A stretch of DNA of 44,872 nt from Candidatus Woesearchaeota archaeon (GTDB taxonomy: Archaea > Nanobdellota > Nanobdellia > SCGC-AAA011-G17 > GW2011-AR20), in NCBI GenBank assembly GCA_016181245.1, contig JACOZR010000022.1:1-44872 (forward strand), read 5' to 3'. The notes beneath the pieces were generated by a model. The model was not told where the DNA came from, ran no database searches, and was given only the letters and a program-made list of their open reading frames with translations. Both the position numbers and the translations under genes were made by a program. Shown here one piece after another: positions 1 through 9,880 of the stretch. How positions within the stretch are numbered: position 1 is the stretch's first letter; the number at the start of each line of letters is the position of its first letter.

Positions 1-1
1 A

Positions 2-166
2 TTGCATGCTTTCCCTTCTCTTCGAAAAACATATCTCCGAAGAGGGCATTTCTGGAGTGCTGGAAAATTTTACAGGTCAGTAGGTAATGTTACTGCTGAT
101 ACGATCCAGCATTACATCCAGCAAAGCCAACATGGCTGGAATTTTGAACATCAGGCAACTCTTTGA
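2..166 (+). mobile_element. tnpA: IS200/IS605-family Y1 transposase, C-terminal fragment (truncated by window start)
   Basis: Frame 2 reads LHAFPSLRKTYLRRGHFWSAGKFYRSVGNVTADTIQHYIQQSQ...*, matching the TnpA C-terminal FWSxGxFxxSVG...IxxYIxxQ motif with the catalytic Tyr. Not in the ORF track. Confidence 0.9.
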
Positions 167-184
167 GTAAGCCCTCATCAGACA

Positions 185-204
185 CCTCGACCTTTAGGTC
201 GAGG
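185..204 (+). mobile_element. IS200/IS605 right-end subterminal hairpin
   Basis: Perfect stem CCTCGACC-TTTA-GGTCGAGG just after the tnpA stop, followed by AGTATCA. Confidence 0.8.
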
Positions 205-405
205 AGTATCATTTGAAACCTACGATATAACATTTTTTAAAGATTTATGTAGTGTAACATTTTCGTGCAACTATCATTTATTCTTTGTAATGCAAAATCT
301 TCGAGATATAAACTCTAAATAGAAATGTTTATATAGTAGTTAGTTGTTTACTTTAAATCAACATAGGCTTACTATAAAAGCTTTTTGAAAAAGGGGGAGA
401 AATAA

Positions 406-747
406 ATGGCTGAAAAACAAAATATCAATGTGAACTTAGACCACTCAAATCATGCATTTTTTGCAGATGGAATATCTTTGTTTAATCGAAGTGATAAGTT
501 TTTTGTGGATTTTAGACAAACAAGTCCAAGAATAGATGTTATTGGAGATAAACAGCATCATACTCATGCAGTAAAACATAGTACAATAGCTTTAGACCCT
601 ATGATGGGGAAAGCTTTACTTGAATTATTAAAAGACAGCGTTTCAAAATATGAAAAACAATTTGGTAAAATAAAAGTGCCAAAACAGAAATTTTTGAAGG
701 AGGAACCTGTTGAACAAGTTTCAGTAGATAAAAGTTACATAGGATAA
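406..747 (+). CDS. DUF3467-like protein, first gene of the chaperone operon
   Basis: 113 aa with an FFAD...FFVDFRQ...IALDP..GKALLELLKDSVSKYEKQFGKI pattern; GGGGGAG SD; 1 nt before grpE. Confidence 0.65.
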   Translation: MAEKQNINVNLDHSNHAFFADGISLFNRSDKFFVDFRQTSPRIDVIGDKQHHTHAVKHSTIALDPMMGKALLELLKDSVSKYEKQFGKIKVPKQKFLKEEPVEQVSVDKSYIG

Positions 748-748
748 A

Positions 749-1264
749 ATGAAGAAAGAAAATAATGAGCAAAATGAGCAAATTGTAGAAGAAAATTTAG
801 ATTTACCTTTAGAAGAAAGTAATGAGAAAGATAAGTCTCAAGAATATTTAGACATGCTTCAGAGGTTGAAAGCGGAATTTGAAAACTATATGAAGAGAAA
901 TGAAGAAGAAAGAAAAGAATTTGTAAAATATGCTAAGCATGATTTGATTTTGAAATTACTAAGTATAAAAGATGACTTTGAGAGAGCATTAGAATCTGAA
1001 AAAGAAAGTGAAGAATTTGCAAAAGGGGTTGAAATGATTTTCAAGCAGTTACATAAAACTTTAGAAGAGGAAGGAGTAAAGCCAATAAAATCTTTAGGAG
1101 AAAAATTTGATCCTTACAAACACGATGTTATTGGAAAAGTAGAACATGATAAGCATGAAGATGTAATTGTTGAAGAAATAAAAAAAGGGTATATGCTTAA
1201 AGATAAAATTTTGAGGCCGAGCTTAGTTAAAGTAAGCAAGCTCAAGGAGGATAAAAATGAGTAA
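749..1264 (+). CDS. grpE: Nucleotide exchange factor GrpE
   Basis: [16 protein letters not shown] and [17 protein letters not shown] motifs; overlaps the dnaK start. Confidence 0.97.
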   Translation: MKKENNEQNEQIVEENLDLPLEESNEKDKSQEYLDMLQRLKAEFENYMKRNEEERKEFVKYAKHDLILKLLSIKDDFERALESEKESEEFAKGVEMIFKQLHKTLEEEGVKPIKSLGEKFDPYKHDVIGKVEHDKHEDVIVEEIKKGYMLKDKILRPSLVKVSKLKEDKNE

Positions 1265-3095
1265 AATAATTGGAATAGATTTAGGAACTTCGAATTCAGC
1301 AGCTTCTGTGCTACAAGGGGGAAGACCAGTAATGATCCCTAGTAGTGAGGGAGCTTCATTATATGGAAAAGCATTTCCCTCAGTTGTTGCTTTTACTAAA
1401 GATGGGAAAATGTTTGTTGGAGAACCAGCAAGAAGACAAGCAGTTAGCAATCCAGATGGAACAGTAATGGCTGCTAAGAGAAAGATGGGTTCTACATTTA
1501 AATATGATATTCATGGCAAAAGTTATACACCACAGCAAATTTCTGCTTTTATTTTACAAAAAATAAAGAGAGATGCTGAAGCTTTTTTAGGAGATAAAGT
1601 CGAAAAGGCGGTTATTACAGTACCAGCTTATTTTGATGATGATCAGAGACAGGCTACTAAGGATGCAGGAACAATTGCAGGTTTAGAAGTTGTGAGAATT
1701 GTGAATGAGCCAACTGCGGCTTCATTGGCTTATGGTTTGGATAAGAAAAATAAAGATGCTAAAATCCTAGTATTTGATTTAGGCGGGGGAACTTTAGATG
1801 TTACCATTATGGAATTTGGTGGAGGAGTATTTGAAGTTAAATCTACATCAGGAGATACAAGTTTAGGTGGAACTGATATGGATCAGGCAATAATGAATTT
1901 TATTCTTAAAGAATTTGAAAAAGAATCAGGAGTTGATTTAAGTGATGATTCAACAGCTATACAGAGAATAAGGGAAGCTGCTGAGAAAGCAAAAATAGAA
2001 TTGTCCACAGTAATTGAAACTGATATTAACTTGCCTTTCATTACTGCAACTGATAAAGGACCTAAGCACTTAACAATGAAGTTGACAAGAGCTCAATTGG
2101 AAAAGTTAATTGATCCTTTAGTGCAGAGATGTAAAAAACCAGTTGAACAAGCTTTGAAAGATGCAAACTTAAAAAGAGAAGAAGTAGATGAAATAATTTT
2201 AGTCGGCGGGCCTACAAGAATGCCTGTTGTTAAACAATTTGTTGAAAAGTTGTTAGACAAAAAAGCAGAAGGCGGAGTTGATCCGATGGAATGCGTTGCT
2301 ATTGGGGCAGCTATTCAAGCAGGAGTTTTAGCTGGAGATGTTAAGGATGTTTTGTTATTAGATGTTACTCCATTAACATTGGGTATTGAAACTTTAGGCG
2401 GTATAAGAACTGCTTTGATTCAGAGAAATACTACAATTCCAACTAAAAGAGCTCAAGTATTTTCAACTGCAGCAGATAATCAACCTAGTGTTGAGATTAA
2501 TGTTTTGCAGGGAGAAAGAGAAATGGCTATTGATAACAAAAGCTTGGGAAGATTCATTTTAACAGGAATACCTCCTGCTCCAAGAGGCATACCTCAAGTA
2601 GAAGTTACTTTTGATATTGATGCAAATGGTATCATTAGTGTTTCTGCTAAAGATTTGGGAACTAAGAAAGAGCAGAGTATTAAGATTTCAGGAAGTTTGA
2701 AACTAGATGAAAAAGAAATTGAGAAAATGAAGAAGGAAGCTGAAGAATTTGCTGAAGAAGATAAGAAAAGAAAAGAATTGATTGAAATTAAAAATCAGGC
2801 AGATTCTGTTGTTTACTCAACTGAACAAATGTTATCTGAATATGGTGATAAAGTTGACAAGGATACAAGAGAAAAAGTTCAGAAAGAAATAAATGAAATT
2901 AAGGAAGTTTTAAAAACAGATGATGCAGCAAAAATTAAAAAGAAACTTGAAGAAGCTAACAAAGTGATACAAGAAATTGGTATGAAAATGTATCAGGAAG
3001 CAGCTAAAACTTCTCAGGAAGTAAAAGAAGACAAGAAAGAAGATGATACAATAGATGCTGAGGTTATAGATGATGAGGATAAATCCAATAAATGA
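1257..3095 (+). CDS. dnaK: Chaperone DnaK (Hsp70)
   Basis: [26 protein letters not shown] and LLLDVTPL motifs. Confidence 0.99.
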   Translation: MSKIIGIDLGTSNSAASVLQGGRPVMIPSSEGASLYGKAFPSVVAFTKDGKMFVGEPARRQAVSNPDGTVMAAKRKMGSTFKYDIHGKSYTPQQISAFILQKIKRDAEAFLGDKVEKAVITVPAYFDDDQRQATKDAGTIAGLEVVRIVNEPTAASLAYGLDKKNKDAKILVFDLGGGTLDVTIMEFGGGVFEVKSTSGDTSLGGTDMDQAIMNFILKEFEKESGVDLSDDSTAIQRIREAAEKAKIELSTVIETDINLPFITATDKGPKHLTMKLTRAQLEKLIDPLVQRCKKPVEQALKDANLKREEVDEIILVGGPTRMPVVKQFVEKLLDKKAEGGVDPMECVAIGAAIQAGVLAGDVKDVLLLDVTPLTLGIETLGGIRTALIQRNTTIPTKRAQVFSTAADNQPSVEINVLQGEREMAIDNKSLGRFILTGIPPAPRGIPQVEVTFDIDANGIISVSAKDLGTKKEQSIKISGSLKLDEKEIEKMKKEAEEFAEEDKKRKELIEIKNQADSVVYSTEQMLSEYGDKVDKDTREKVQKEINEIKEVLKTDDAAKIKKKLEEANKVIQEIGMKMYQEAAKTSQEVKEDKKEDDTIDAEVIDDEDKSNK

Positions 3096-3399
3096 GCAAC
3101 TAAATCCAACGCTAGAAAAATTGGTCTTAGTTGTTGTTAGTGATGCTTTGTCTATGACTAAACCAAGAAACTTTGTTAAAAGACTTTTGATTGCTGTTGA
3201 TCGCGCTATTAATGCTTATGCTGCTGATTTGGAATATGAAGAAAGTATATATGGAATCCCTATTGAGATGAAATGGATTTATAACCCCTTTGCATCTGGA
3301 AAAGAGCTTAGAGTTATGAGTGCTAGACACCACTTGACAAATTATGTGCACAAATATATAGAAGAAAATTTTCCAGAATATTCAGAACAAGTATTATAA
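3070..3399 (+). CDS. Hypothetical protein inserted between dnaK and dnaJ
   Basis: 109-aa ORF overlapping the dnaK end; no recognisable motif; start codon uncertain. Confidence 0.6.
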   Translation: MMRINPINEQLNPTLEKLVLVVVSDALSMTKPRNFVKRLLIAVDRAINAYAADLEYEESIYGIPIEMKWIYNPFASGKELRVMSARHHLTNYVHKYIEENFPEYSEQVL

Positions 3400-3428
3400 A
3401 CTAAAGTTAAAAAGGGAATACACAAACC

Positions 3429-3818
3429 ATGGCAAGAATATTATTTTGTGATGATGATGAGAATACTAGGCACGTTTTTACTGAGATGTGTACCGAATTG
3501 GGGCAGCTATGTGATGTGGCTGAAACGGATGATGAGGCTATGGTATTTGCTCGAAGAATGAAGCATGATTTAGTTATAATTGATCTTGGTAATGTGCATT
3601 GTGATACTTATGATCTTTGTAGAGAGATAAGAGGATTACTGCCGTTTTCTGTTATTATTTTAACTAGTGGATATATGCAGGAATATAGAAGAGAGGTTAT
3701 TGAACAGCTTCCTGAAAAAACATTTAATGGATTAATTGCCAAAAGTGAGTTAGTAAAAATTTATCCCCATTGGAGATCTGGGTTAAGTAATCTTTTACAA
3801 AAGTACGGTTTAACATGA
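3429..3818 (+). CDS. Stand-alone response-regulator receiver (CheY-like) protein
   Basis: RILFCDDD acidic pocket, DLVIIDL phospho-acceptor, IILTSG, IAKS; overlaps dnaJ by ATGA. Confidence 0.85.
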   Translation: MARILFCDDDENTRHVFTEMCTELGQLCDVAETDDEAMVFARRMKHDLVIIDLGNVHCDTYDLCREIRGLLPFSVIILTSGYMQEYRREVIEQLPEKTFNGLIAKSELVKIYPHWRSGLSNLLQKYGLT

Positions 3819-4912
3819 CAACTAAAAGAGATTATTATGAAATTTTGGGAGTAAGTAAAACAACTAGCAAGGAAGATATTAAAAAAGCCTATAAAAGATT
3901 AGCATTAGAGCATCATCCTGACAAGGGAGGGGATGCTGAAAAATTTAAAGAAATTTCTGAAGCTTATGCTGTATTAAGTGATGATACGAAAAAGCAGCAA
4001 TATGATCAATTTGGTCATGCAGGATTTGATCAAAGATATTCTCAAGAAGATATTTTCAGGAATGTAAATTTTGATGATATTTTCGGTGAGGTTTTTGGAA
4101 GAAGAGGGGATATTTTTGATATGTTTTTTGGGGGAAACAGGGAAAGGAGAGGTAATGATTTAAGATACGATCTAGATATAAGTTTTGAAGATGCTGCTTT
4201 TGGTGTTGAGAAGAAAATCAAGATTCCAAGACTTATTAATTGTGATAGTTGTGATGGAACTGGTGCGGATAAGGGGCATTTGATAAAATGCGGATATTGC
4301 AACGGGACTGGACAAACAAGGAAAACAACTAAAACTCCTTTTGGTATTTTTAGCCATGTTGCTACATGTAGGGAATGTGAGGGATATGGGGAAATTGCTA
4401 AGTCTAAATGTAAAGAATGTAATGGCACTGGTTTAATAGAAGATGATAAAACTTTGAATATTAAGATTCCTGCTGGTGTTGAAAATGGAAATAGGATAAG
4501 AGTTACAAATGCGGGAGAGGCAATCAAAAATGGAAAATCTGGAGATCTTTATATTTATCTAACTGTTAAACCACATGAAATTTTTGAGAGAAAAGGAAGT
4601 GATATTTATTTGCAAATGCCTTTAAGCTTTAGCCAGGCTGCTTTAGGGGATGAAATTAAAGTTCCAACATTAGAAGGAAGTGTTAAAATGAATATACCTG
4701 CTGGGACACAAACAGGAACTACTTTTAGATTAAGAGATAAGGGAGTTGAAACTTCAAGAGGACAAGGAGATCAGTATGTTAATGTGATAGTTAAGACTCC
4801 TACTAAACTTAATGTAAAGCAAAAAAAATTGTTAAAAGAATTTGCAGCAGAAAACAAAGAAACTTTAAAGATAGAAAAGGGCTTTTTTGAAAAGATTATT
4901 GAAGGATTTTAA
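3815..4912 (+). CDS. dnaJ: Chaperone DnaJ
   Basis: J domain with HPD, G/F region, four CxxCxGxG repeats and C-terminal domain. Confidence 0.99.
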   Translation: MTTKRDYYEILGVSKTTSKEDIKKAYKRLALEHHPDKGGDAEKFKEISEAYAVLSDDTKKQQYDQFGHAGFDQRYSQEDIFRNVNFDDIFGEVFGRRGDIFDMFFGGNRERRGNDLRYDLDISFEDAAFGVEKKIKIPRLINCDSCDGTGADKGHLIKCGYCNGTGQTRKTTKTPFGIFSHVATCRECEGYGEIAKSKCKECNGTGLIEDDKTLNIKIPAGVENGNRIRVTNAGEAIKNGKSGDLYIYLTVKPHEIFERKGSDIYLQMPLSFSQAALGDEIKVPTLEGSVKMNIPAGTQTGTTFRLRDKGVETSRGQGDQYVNVIVKTPTKLNVKQKKLLKEFAAENKETLKIEKGFFEKIIEGF

Positions 4913-5058
4913 GATTCTTCTTCTCCTTCATAACCTTCCATGAAACCAGCTTCCCAGTCTTCTATTTCATCATCGTTTAACTGAGATTCTCTTCCTTCTT
5001 CAGTGTAAACATCTTCTTGCTGTGCTAATTCGTCTTCATAATTCTTTCTTCTTTTCAT
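4909..5058 (-). CDS. Small acidic protein, 49 aa (not in ORF track)
   Basis: [49 protein letters not shown], with an AGGTGGTG SD just upstream and a TATA-containing palindrome further up. Confidence 0.75.
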   Translation of the reverse strand: MKRRKNYEDELAQQEDVYTEEGRESQLNDDEIEDWEAGFMEGYEGEEES

Positions 5059-5086
5059 ATAACACCACCTATTTTTTTGAACAACC

Positions 5087-5106
5087 GTTAACTATATATA
5101 GTTAAC
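5087..5106. promoter_or_regulatory. Perfect 20-bp palindrome containing a TATA element, between divergent genes
   Basis: GTTAACTATA/TATAGTTAAC. Confidence 0.5.
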
Positions 5107-5135
5107 CTATATATTAGATATAAAGTATATATACT

Positions 5136-6089
5136 ATGGAAAAATTCAGAAAAATCATTAAATTTGGAACCTCATCTCTTATACTATCTTTACCTATTGA
5201 TTGGACTAAAAAAAATAAACTTGGAAAGGGAGATCTTCTCTCTATTTCTGAAAATGTTAATAATGAACTTGTTTTAAGTGTTCCATCTAAAAACAGGTCT
5301 GAACAAAGAAAAGAAATTGTTATTAATACTGAGAACAAGGATTTAACTAGAATTAAAAGAGAAATTGTTTCCTCTTACATTAATAACTATGGTATTATAA
5401 GAATTAAAGGAAAACTTTCTGCAAATTTTATTAAAGAGATTAAAAATATAATAACAGGATTAACTGCTTTAGAGGTAGTAGAACATAATGCTGATTCTTT
5501 AGTTGCTAAAGACTTTTTAGATATAGGAGAGATAACTTTTCAAGAAATATTAAGGAAAATGGATACTATAACGAGATCTATGATCGTTGATTTGAAAAAT
5601 ATATCCAAAGAAGATACTTCTCAGGCTATCCTTGAAAGAGATGAAGAAGTAAATAGGATGGTTTATTTGATTATAAGGACTATGAGATTTACTTTAGATA
5701 CTCCGAGTTTATCTCATAAAGAAAATAGAATAAGCATGGGGAATATTTTAAATGTGTGGGATGTTGCATTGACTGTCGAAGGTATTGCAGATGATATAAA
5801 AAGAACAGCAAGAGAATTTTCAAAAATGAGCACTTCTTTGCAAACTAAGAAAGAACTTTTAAAGGTTTTGGAGGAAATTGAGACTTTTTATTGGGAAACT
5901 ATGAAAGCGTATTATACTAATGATGTAGAATTGGCCTTTAGACTTTCTTTAAATAAATCAAATCTTTCTAAGAAGTGCAATGAATTGCATGAAAAAGTGT
6001 GGAATGTCAGGTATGCTCCTATTATTTTAGAAAACTTTAAAAGTATAGTTTCTTCAATTCATAATCTTGGAAGAAGAGTTTACAGTTAA
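5136..6089 (+). CDS. AbrB/SpoVT-domain PhoU-like regulator
   Basis: N-terminal RKIIKFGTSSLILSLPIDW..K..L.KGD motif; helical PhoU-type region (ERDEEVNR, VEGIADD). Confidence 0.85.
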   Translation: MEKFRKIIKFGTSSLILSLPIDWTKKNKLGKGDLLSISENVNNELVLSVPSKNRSEQRKEIVINTENKDLTRIKREIVSSYINNYGIIRIKGKLSANFIKEIKNIITGLTALEVVEHNADSLVAKDFLDIGEITFQEILRKMDTITRSMIVDLKNISKEDTSQAILERDEEVNRMVYLIIRTMRFTLDTPSLSHKENRISMGNILNVWDVALTVEGIADDIKRTAREFSKMSTSLQTKKELLKVLEEIETFYWETMKAYYTNDVELAFRLSLNKSNLSKKCNELHEKVWNVRYAPIILENFKSIVSSIHNLGRRVYS

Positions 6090-6136
6090 AACAAACTTTT
6101 TTAAGCTTTGCTACAGAATATTGAATTAGGATTAAT

Positions 6137-7624
6137 ATGACCCAACTTAGTTCTATTGGTACTGTATCTACTCAAGGTAGTGTGAACCATAATTCAAATG
6201 GATTGGAGAGCACTGCTTTGCTATATACGCCTTCTGTTGAATACTATAGGGAAATCCTTGCAAGAGATTATGTTATAGAACAACTTGCTAGAAGAGGTTA
6301 TGATTTTAACATTGATGATATCGCTAGTGAGCAATCTGCTGATCTGGGAATTGGGGGGACACTTAATCGAAGAACGCACCTTAAAAAAGTTGTACTAAGA
6401 GATGCTGCACAAAATACACTTCCTTTAAGAATATTTCTTAAGATAGCTTCAGAAATTAATTTGGGAACTGACGCTTCTTTAGCAAATAGGCATCATGAAT
6501 TGTCTGATAGCATGTTATACCAGTATGAGCAAATGCGCCTTTGGAATAGCCTTGGTCTTCCAACTCCAATTGTTTTTGGTTTAGATACTGTTAATCATCA
6601 GAGAGTTACTTACTATCAATTAGCAATGGAGAGTTGGGATGGATCTACACACGACTTGAATCTACTAGCACTTAGGGAATTAGGCAATAGGATAAGGGGG
6701 TCTAGGAAAACTTATGGTCCTGATGAACAAGCTGCTTATTTAAGGCAGCTTGATGAAGAAAAAAGTTTTATCGTTAATTCTAGCCTTAATACAGTTAGGG
6801 CATTTCATATTATTGGCACTGAAGGACTTAGAAACTTAACAAAACTTCCTACACTGGGCATCTTTTGTCATGATGACGTAGAAGAATACTTTTTAAGAAA
6901 AAGAGCAATAAACTATGCTTCTCAGTTTTATAGATATACTCATAACATGGAGAAGGACGAATCTGTTCCTCGTTTATTCTTGGAAAAAACAGTTGCTTCA
7001 CTTGTTCATCTTGTTGAACCTTTTAGAGATGAATCTAGATATGTTTATGCACAAGGTGATGAATACCCTCAACATTTTCAATTTTTTTCTGGATTTAATG
7101 GGAATAGATTAAGTGGAATATTTGATGCAGATCATGCTATGATGACTATACCTGTATATTCTTATGCAAAACTGTTAACATCTTCTCTTCTCAATCTTAC
7201 TTTCGAAGAAGAACTTTCTTATTTATCGCAGGTTTTCTCTTTTGAACATCCGTGCTCAGGAGGGATATACCCTAGTCATCTTTTTGGTAACCTAGACATG
7301 ATTCAGAGAGATTATGTTCTTACTTCATTATTAACTCGTTTTTTTAATTTGGGGAAAAAAGCAGCTGATACATATGTGCACCCACAACATCATCTTAGAT
7401 ATGAAAGTGGAATTTCTTATTCTCCCGGCAGAACAAGATTCCCTATTAGGGATTTAATTCCTGTTTCTGTAAGCTATCCTAGTGCGGATTACGAAATTGA
7501 GACCCAAAAGAAGGCTCTTGAAACTCGTTTAGAAATTTATGAGCCCTTAGAATTTCTTAACCGCCAAGATTTAAGGGCTATTTCTGAATTTAAGAGGTAT
7601 CTTACTAATAATAACCTTTTATAA
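6137..7624 (+). CDS. Putative protein-kinase-like (APH/choline kinase fold) protein
   Basis: IFLKI, GLPTPIVFG, AQGDEYPQH (HGDxxxxN-like) and GIFDADH (DFG-like) occur in the expected order. Confidence 0.5.
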   Translation: MTQLSSIGTVSTQGSVNHNSNGLESTALLYTPSVEYYREILARDYVIEQLARRGYDFNIDDIASEQSADLGIGGTLNRRTHLKKVVLRDAAQNTLPLRIFLKIASEINLGTDASLANRHHELSDSMLYQYEQMRLWNSLGLPTPIVFGLDTVNHQRVTYYQLAMESWDGSTHDLNLLALRELGNRIRGSRKTYGPDEQAAYLRQLDEEKSFIVNSSLNTVRAFHIIGTEGLRNLTKLPTLGIFCHDDVEEYFLRKRAINYASQFYRYTHNMEKDESVPRLFLEKTVASLVHLVEPFRDESRYVYAQGDEYPQHFQFFSGFNGNRLSGIFDADHAMMTIPVYSYAKLLTSSLLNLTFEEELSYLSQVFSFEHPCSGGIYPSHLFGNLDMIQRDYVLTSLLTRFFNLGKKAADTYVHPQHHLRYESGISYSPGRTRFPIRDLIPVSVSYPSADYEIETQKKALETRLEIYEPLEFLNRQDLRAISEFKRYLTNNNLL

Positions 7625-7722
7625 TTTTTACTACTTACTAATAATAAAGTTTATAAAGCCCCTTTTCTTATGTGTTTTAACAGAAGTCTTAAAAATGAAA
7701 ATGGAAATAATCTTTCAGGAAC

Positions 7723-9438
7723 ATGACACAAACAAGATCTCTAATATGTCTACTTACAGGCCATGTAGACCATGGAAAGTCTCAGATAATTGAGACTATA
7801 TCAAAAAAAAAGATTTTAAATAAAGAAGCGGGAAGGATTACCCAGAAAATAAGTGCTGTTAAAGTTGACATAAATGATATTAATTCTTTAGCAGGAAGAC
7901 TATTAAAAAATTTAAAGATAAAAATCAAGATTCCTGGGTTTTTGTTTATTGATAGCCCGGGGCATGCTGCTTTTACAAACTTAAGAAAAAGAGGGGGAAA
8001 TTTAGCTGATATTGCCATATTAGTAGTTGATGCAAATGAGGGAATATTAGCTCAAACTCAAGAAGCTATTGAAATATTAAAGAAATGCAAGACTCCTTTT
8101 ATAATTGCCTTAAATAAAATTGATTTGGTTTCAGGATGGAGGCAAAATGTTGGAAAGGATATTTTAACAAATATTAATTCTCAATCTGAAACAACTAGAG
8201 ATCTATTAGATAATAAGTTGTATACTCTTGTTGGAAAATTATATGAACTCGGATTTAATGCTGAAAGATTTGACAGAGTAAGTGATTATACAAAGCAGGT
8301 TGCTATTGTTCCTATTTCTGCCAAGACTACTGAAGGATTGCAAGAATTATTAGCTGTTTTAGTGGGTTTAGCACAAAAATATTTAGAAAATGAATTGAAT
8401 GTTGAACTTTCTAAAGGAGGTAAAGGTGTTGTTTTAGAAGTTAGGGAAGATAAAGGTTTAGGAACCGTTTTAGATGTGGTTTTGTATGATGGCAAGATTT
8501 CTGTTAATGATGAATTTGTTATTGGAGGAATTGAAAATCCAATTGTTACTAAAGTAAGAAATATATTTGAAATGAAAAAACCAGTTGAGCATGTAGAAGC
8601 TGCTGCTAATATAACTTTAATTGCTCCAAATGTTGAGGAAGTTTGTGCTGGAATGCCTTTAGCCGTTGTTGACAAATTAAATGATGTAAATAAATTAAAA
8701 AAAGAAGTTCAAGAGCAAGTTGAGGAAGTTGTTATTGAGACTGGGAAAGAGGGTATTGTTGTTAAAGCAGATAGTTTAGGAAGCTTAGAGGCTTTAGTTT
8801 GCTTGCTTAAAGATAAAAAGATTCCAATCAAAAGAGCTAGTGTTGGGGAAATTTGCAAAGGAGATATTGCAGTAGCTGAATCGCAAAAAGATGAGATTAA
8901 CAGAGTGATTGTTGGATTTAATATTAAAGATGTAAAGGAAAATGTTCAAGTTATAACCTCTGATGTTATTTATACAATTATTGAGAAATTTGAGAAATGG
9001 AGAGAGTATACTAAGAAAGACTTAGAAACTAAGAAGTTAGATAGATTAACAAGGCCTTGCAAAGTTTATATTATTCCTAATTTTGTTTTTAGACAGAGCA
9101 ATCCTGCTGTTGTTGGCGTTGAAATCTTAAAGGGAACATTAAAAACAACTATGCCTTTAATGAATGGAACTGGAAAAAGAATAACTGAAGTGAAAAGCAT
9201 TCAGGAAGAGGGAAAAAATGTTAATGAAGTTTGCAAGGGAAAACAAGTTGCTGTTTCTCTGCCTGGAGTTATAGTTGGAAGGCAGGTAATTGAAGGACAA
9301 GTTTTAGTTTCTGATCTTAATGAAGAAGAATTTAGAAGATTAAAAGAGATGAAGACTTTTTTAACTCCTGATGAAATTGAATTATTAAAGGAAATTGCTG
9401 AGTCTAAAAGGAAAAATAATCCTATGTGGGGAGTTTAA
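7723..9438 (+). CDS. infB: Translation initiation factor aIF5B (IF-2)
   Basis: [28 protein letters not shown] and FRQSNPAVVGVE motifs; P-loop uninterrupted. Confidence 0.97.
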   Translation: MTQTRSLICLLTGHVDHGKSQIIETISKKKILNKEAGRITQKISAVKVDINDINSLAGRLLKNLKIKIKIPGFLFIDSPGHAAFTNLRKRGGNLADIAILVVDANEGILAQTQEAIEILKKCKTPFIIALNKIDLVSGWRQNVGKDILTNINSQSETTRDLLDNKLYTLVGKLYELGFNAERFDRVSDYTKQVAIVPISAKTTEGLQELLAVLVGLAQKYLENELNVELSKGGKGVVLEVREDKGLGTVLDVVLYDGKISVNDEFVIGGIENPIVTKVRNIFEMKKPVEHVEAAANITLIAPNVEEVCAGMPLAVVDKLNDVNKLKKEVQEQVEEVVIETGKEGIVVKADSLGSLEALVCLLKDKKIPIKRASVGEICKGDIAVAESQKDEINRVIVGFNIKDVKENVQVITSDVIYTIIEKFEKWREYTKKDLETKKLDRLTRPCKVYIIPNFVFRQSNPAVVGVEILKGTLKTTMPLMNGTGKRITEVKSIQEEGKNVNEVCKGKQVAVSLPGVIVGRQVIEGQVLVSDLNEEEFRRLKEMKTFLTPDEIELLKEIAESKRKNNPMWGV

Positions 9439-9473
9439 GAAAACTTTAAAAAGGGTTTTCATTAAGGATTGAT

Positions 9474-9878
9474 ATGGCAGAATTTAAGATTGTTGTAGGA
9501 AATAAAGGCAAATGCTATAGCAAGGCTTTAAATGAGAATGAAAGTTCTGCTTTTTTAAATAAAAAAATGGGTGAAAAGATTGAAGGCAATTCTTTTGGTT
9601 TTTCTGGATATGAGATGGAAATAACTGGTGGAAGTGATAAGGCTGGGTTTCCTATGAGACATGACTTATCTGGGATTCATAGAAAAAAAATTCTTTCTGT
9701 TAAGGGGCAAGGACTAAATGTTAAAGGAAAAGGCATTAGAAAAAGAAAAACTGTTGTTGGAAATACTATAGGATTACATATTGCTCAGGTTAATCTTAAA
9801 GTTGTTAAAGAAGGAAAAGATTCTTTAGCTAAAATTTTAGGCAAAGAAGAAAAAGTTGAAGAGAAAAAAGAAGAATAA
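9474..9878 (+). CDS. rps6e: 30S ribosomal protein S6e
   Basis: ITGGSDKAGFPMR, RKRKTVVGN and QVNLKVV motifs. Confidence 0.97.
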   Translation: MAEFKIVVGNKGKCYSKALNENESSAFLNKKMGEKIEGNSFGFSGYEMEITGGSDKAGFPMRHDLSGIHRKKILSVKGQGLNVKGKGIRKRKTVVGNTIGLHIAQVNLKVVKEGKDSLAKILGKEEKVEEKKEE

Positions 9879-9880
9879 AC

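Noticed and set aside
214..405. CIRCE-type heat-shock operator upstream of the chaperone operon
   Set aside because: No TTAGCACTC-N9-GAGTGCTAA match; only weak imperfect symmetry.
4042..4527. Antisense ORFs over conserved genes (for example 4042-4527, 8286-8675, 19600-19992, 22002-22367, 27636-28100)
   Set aside because: Shadow frames opposite better-supported genes, with no motifs of their own.
7759..7776. Intron in the aIF5B P-loop (also checked aEF-1alpha at 42031-42048)
   Set aside because: Both read GHVDHGK without interruption.
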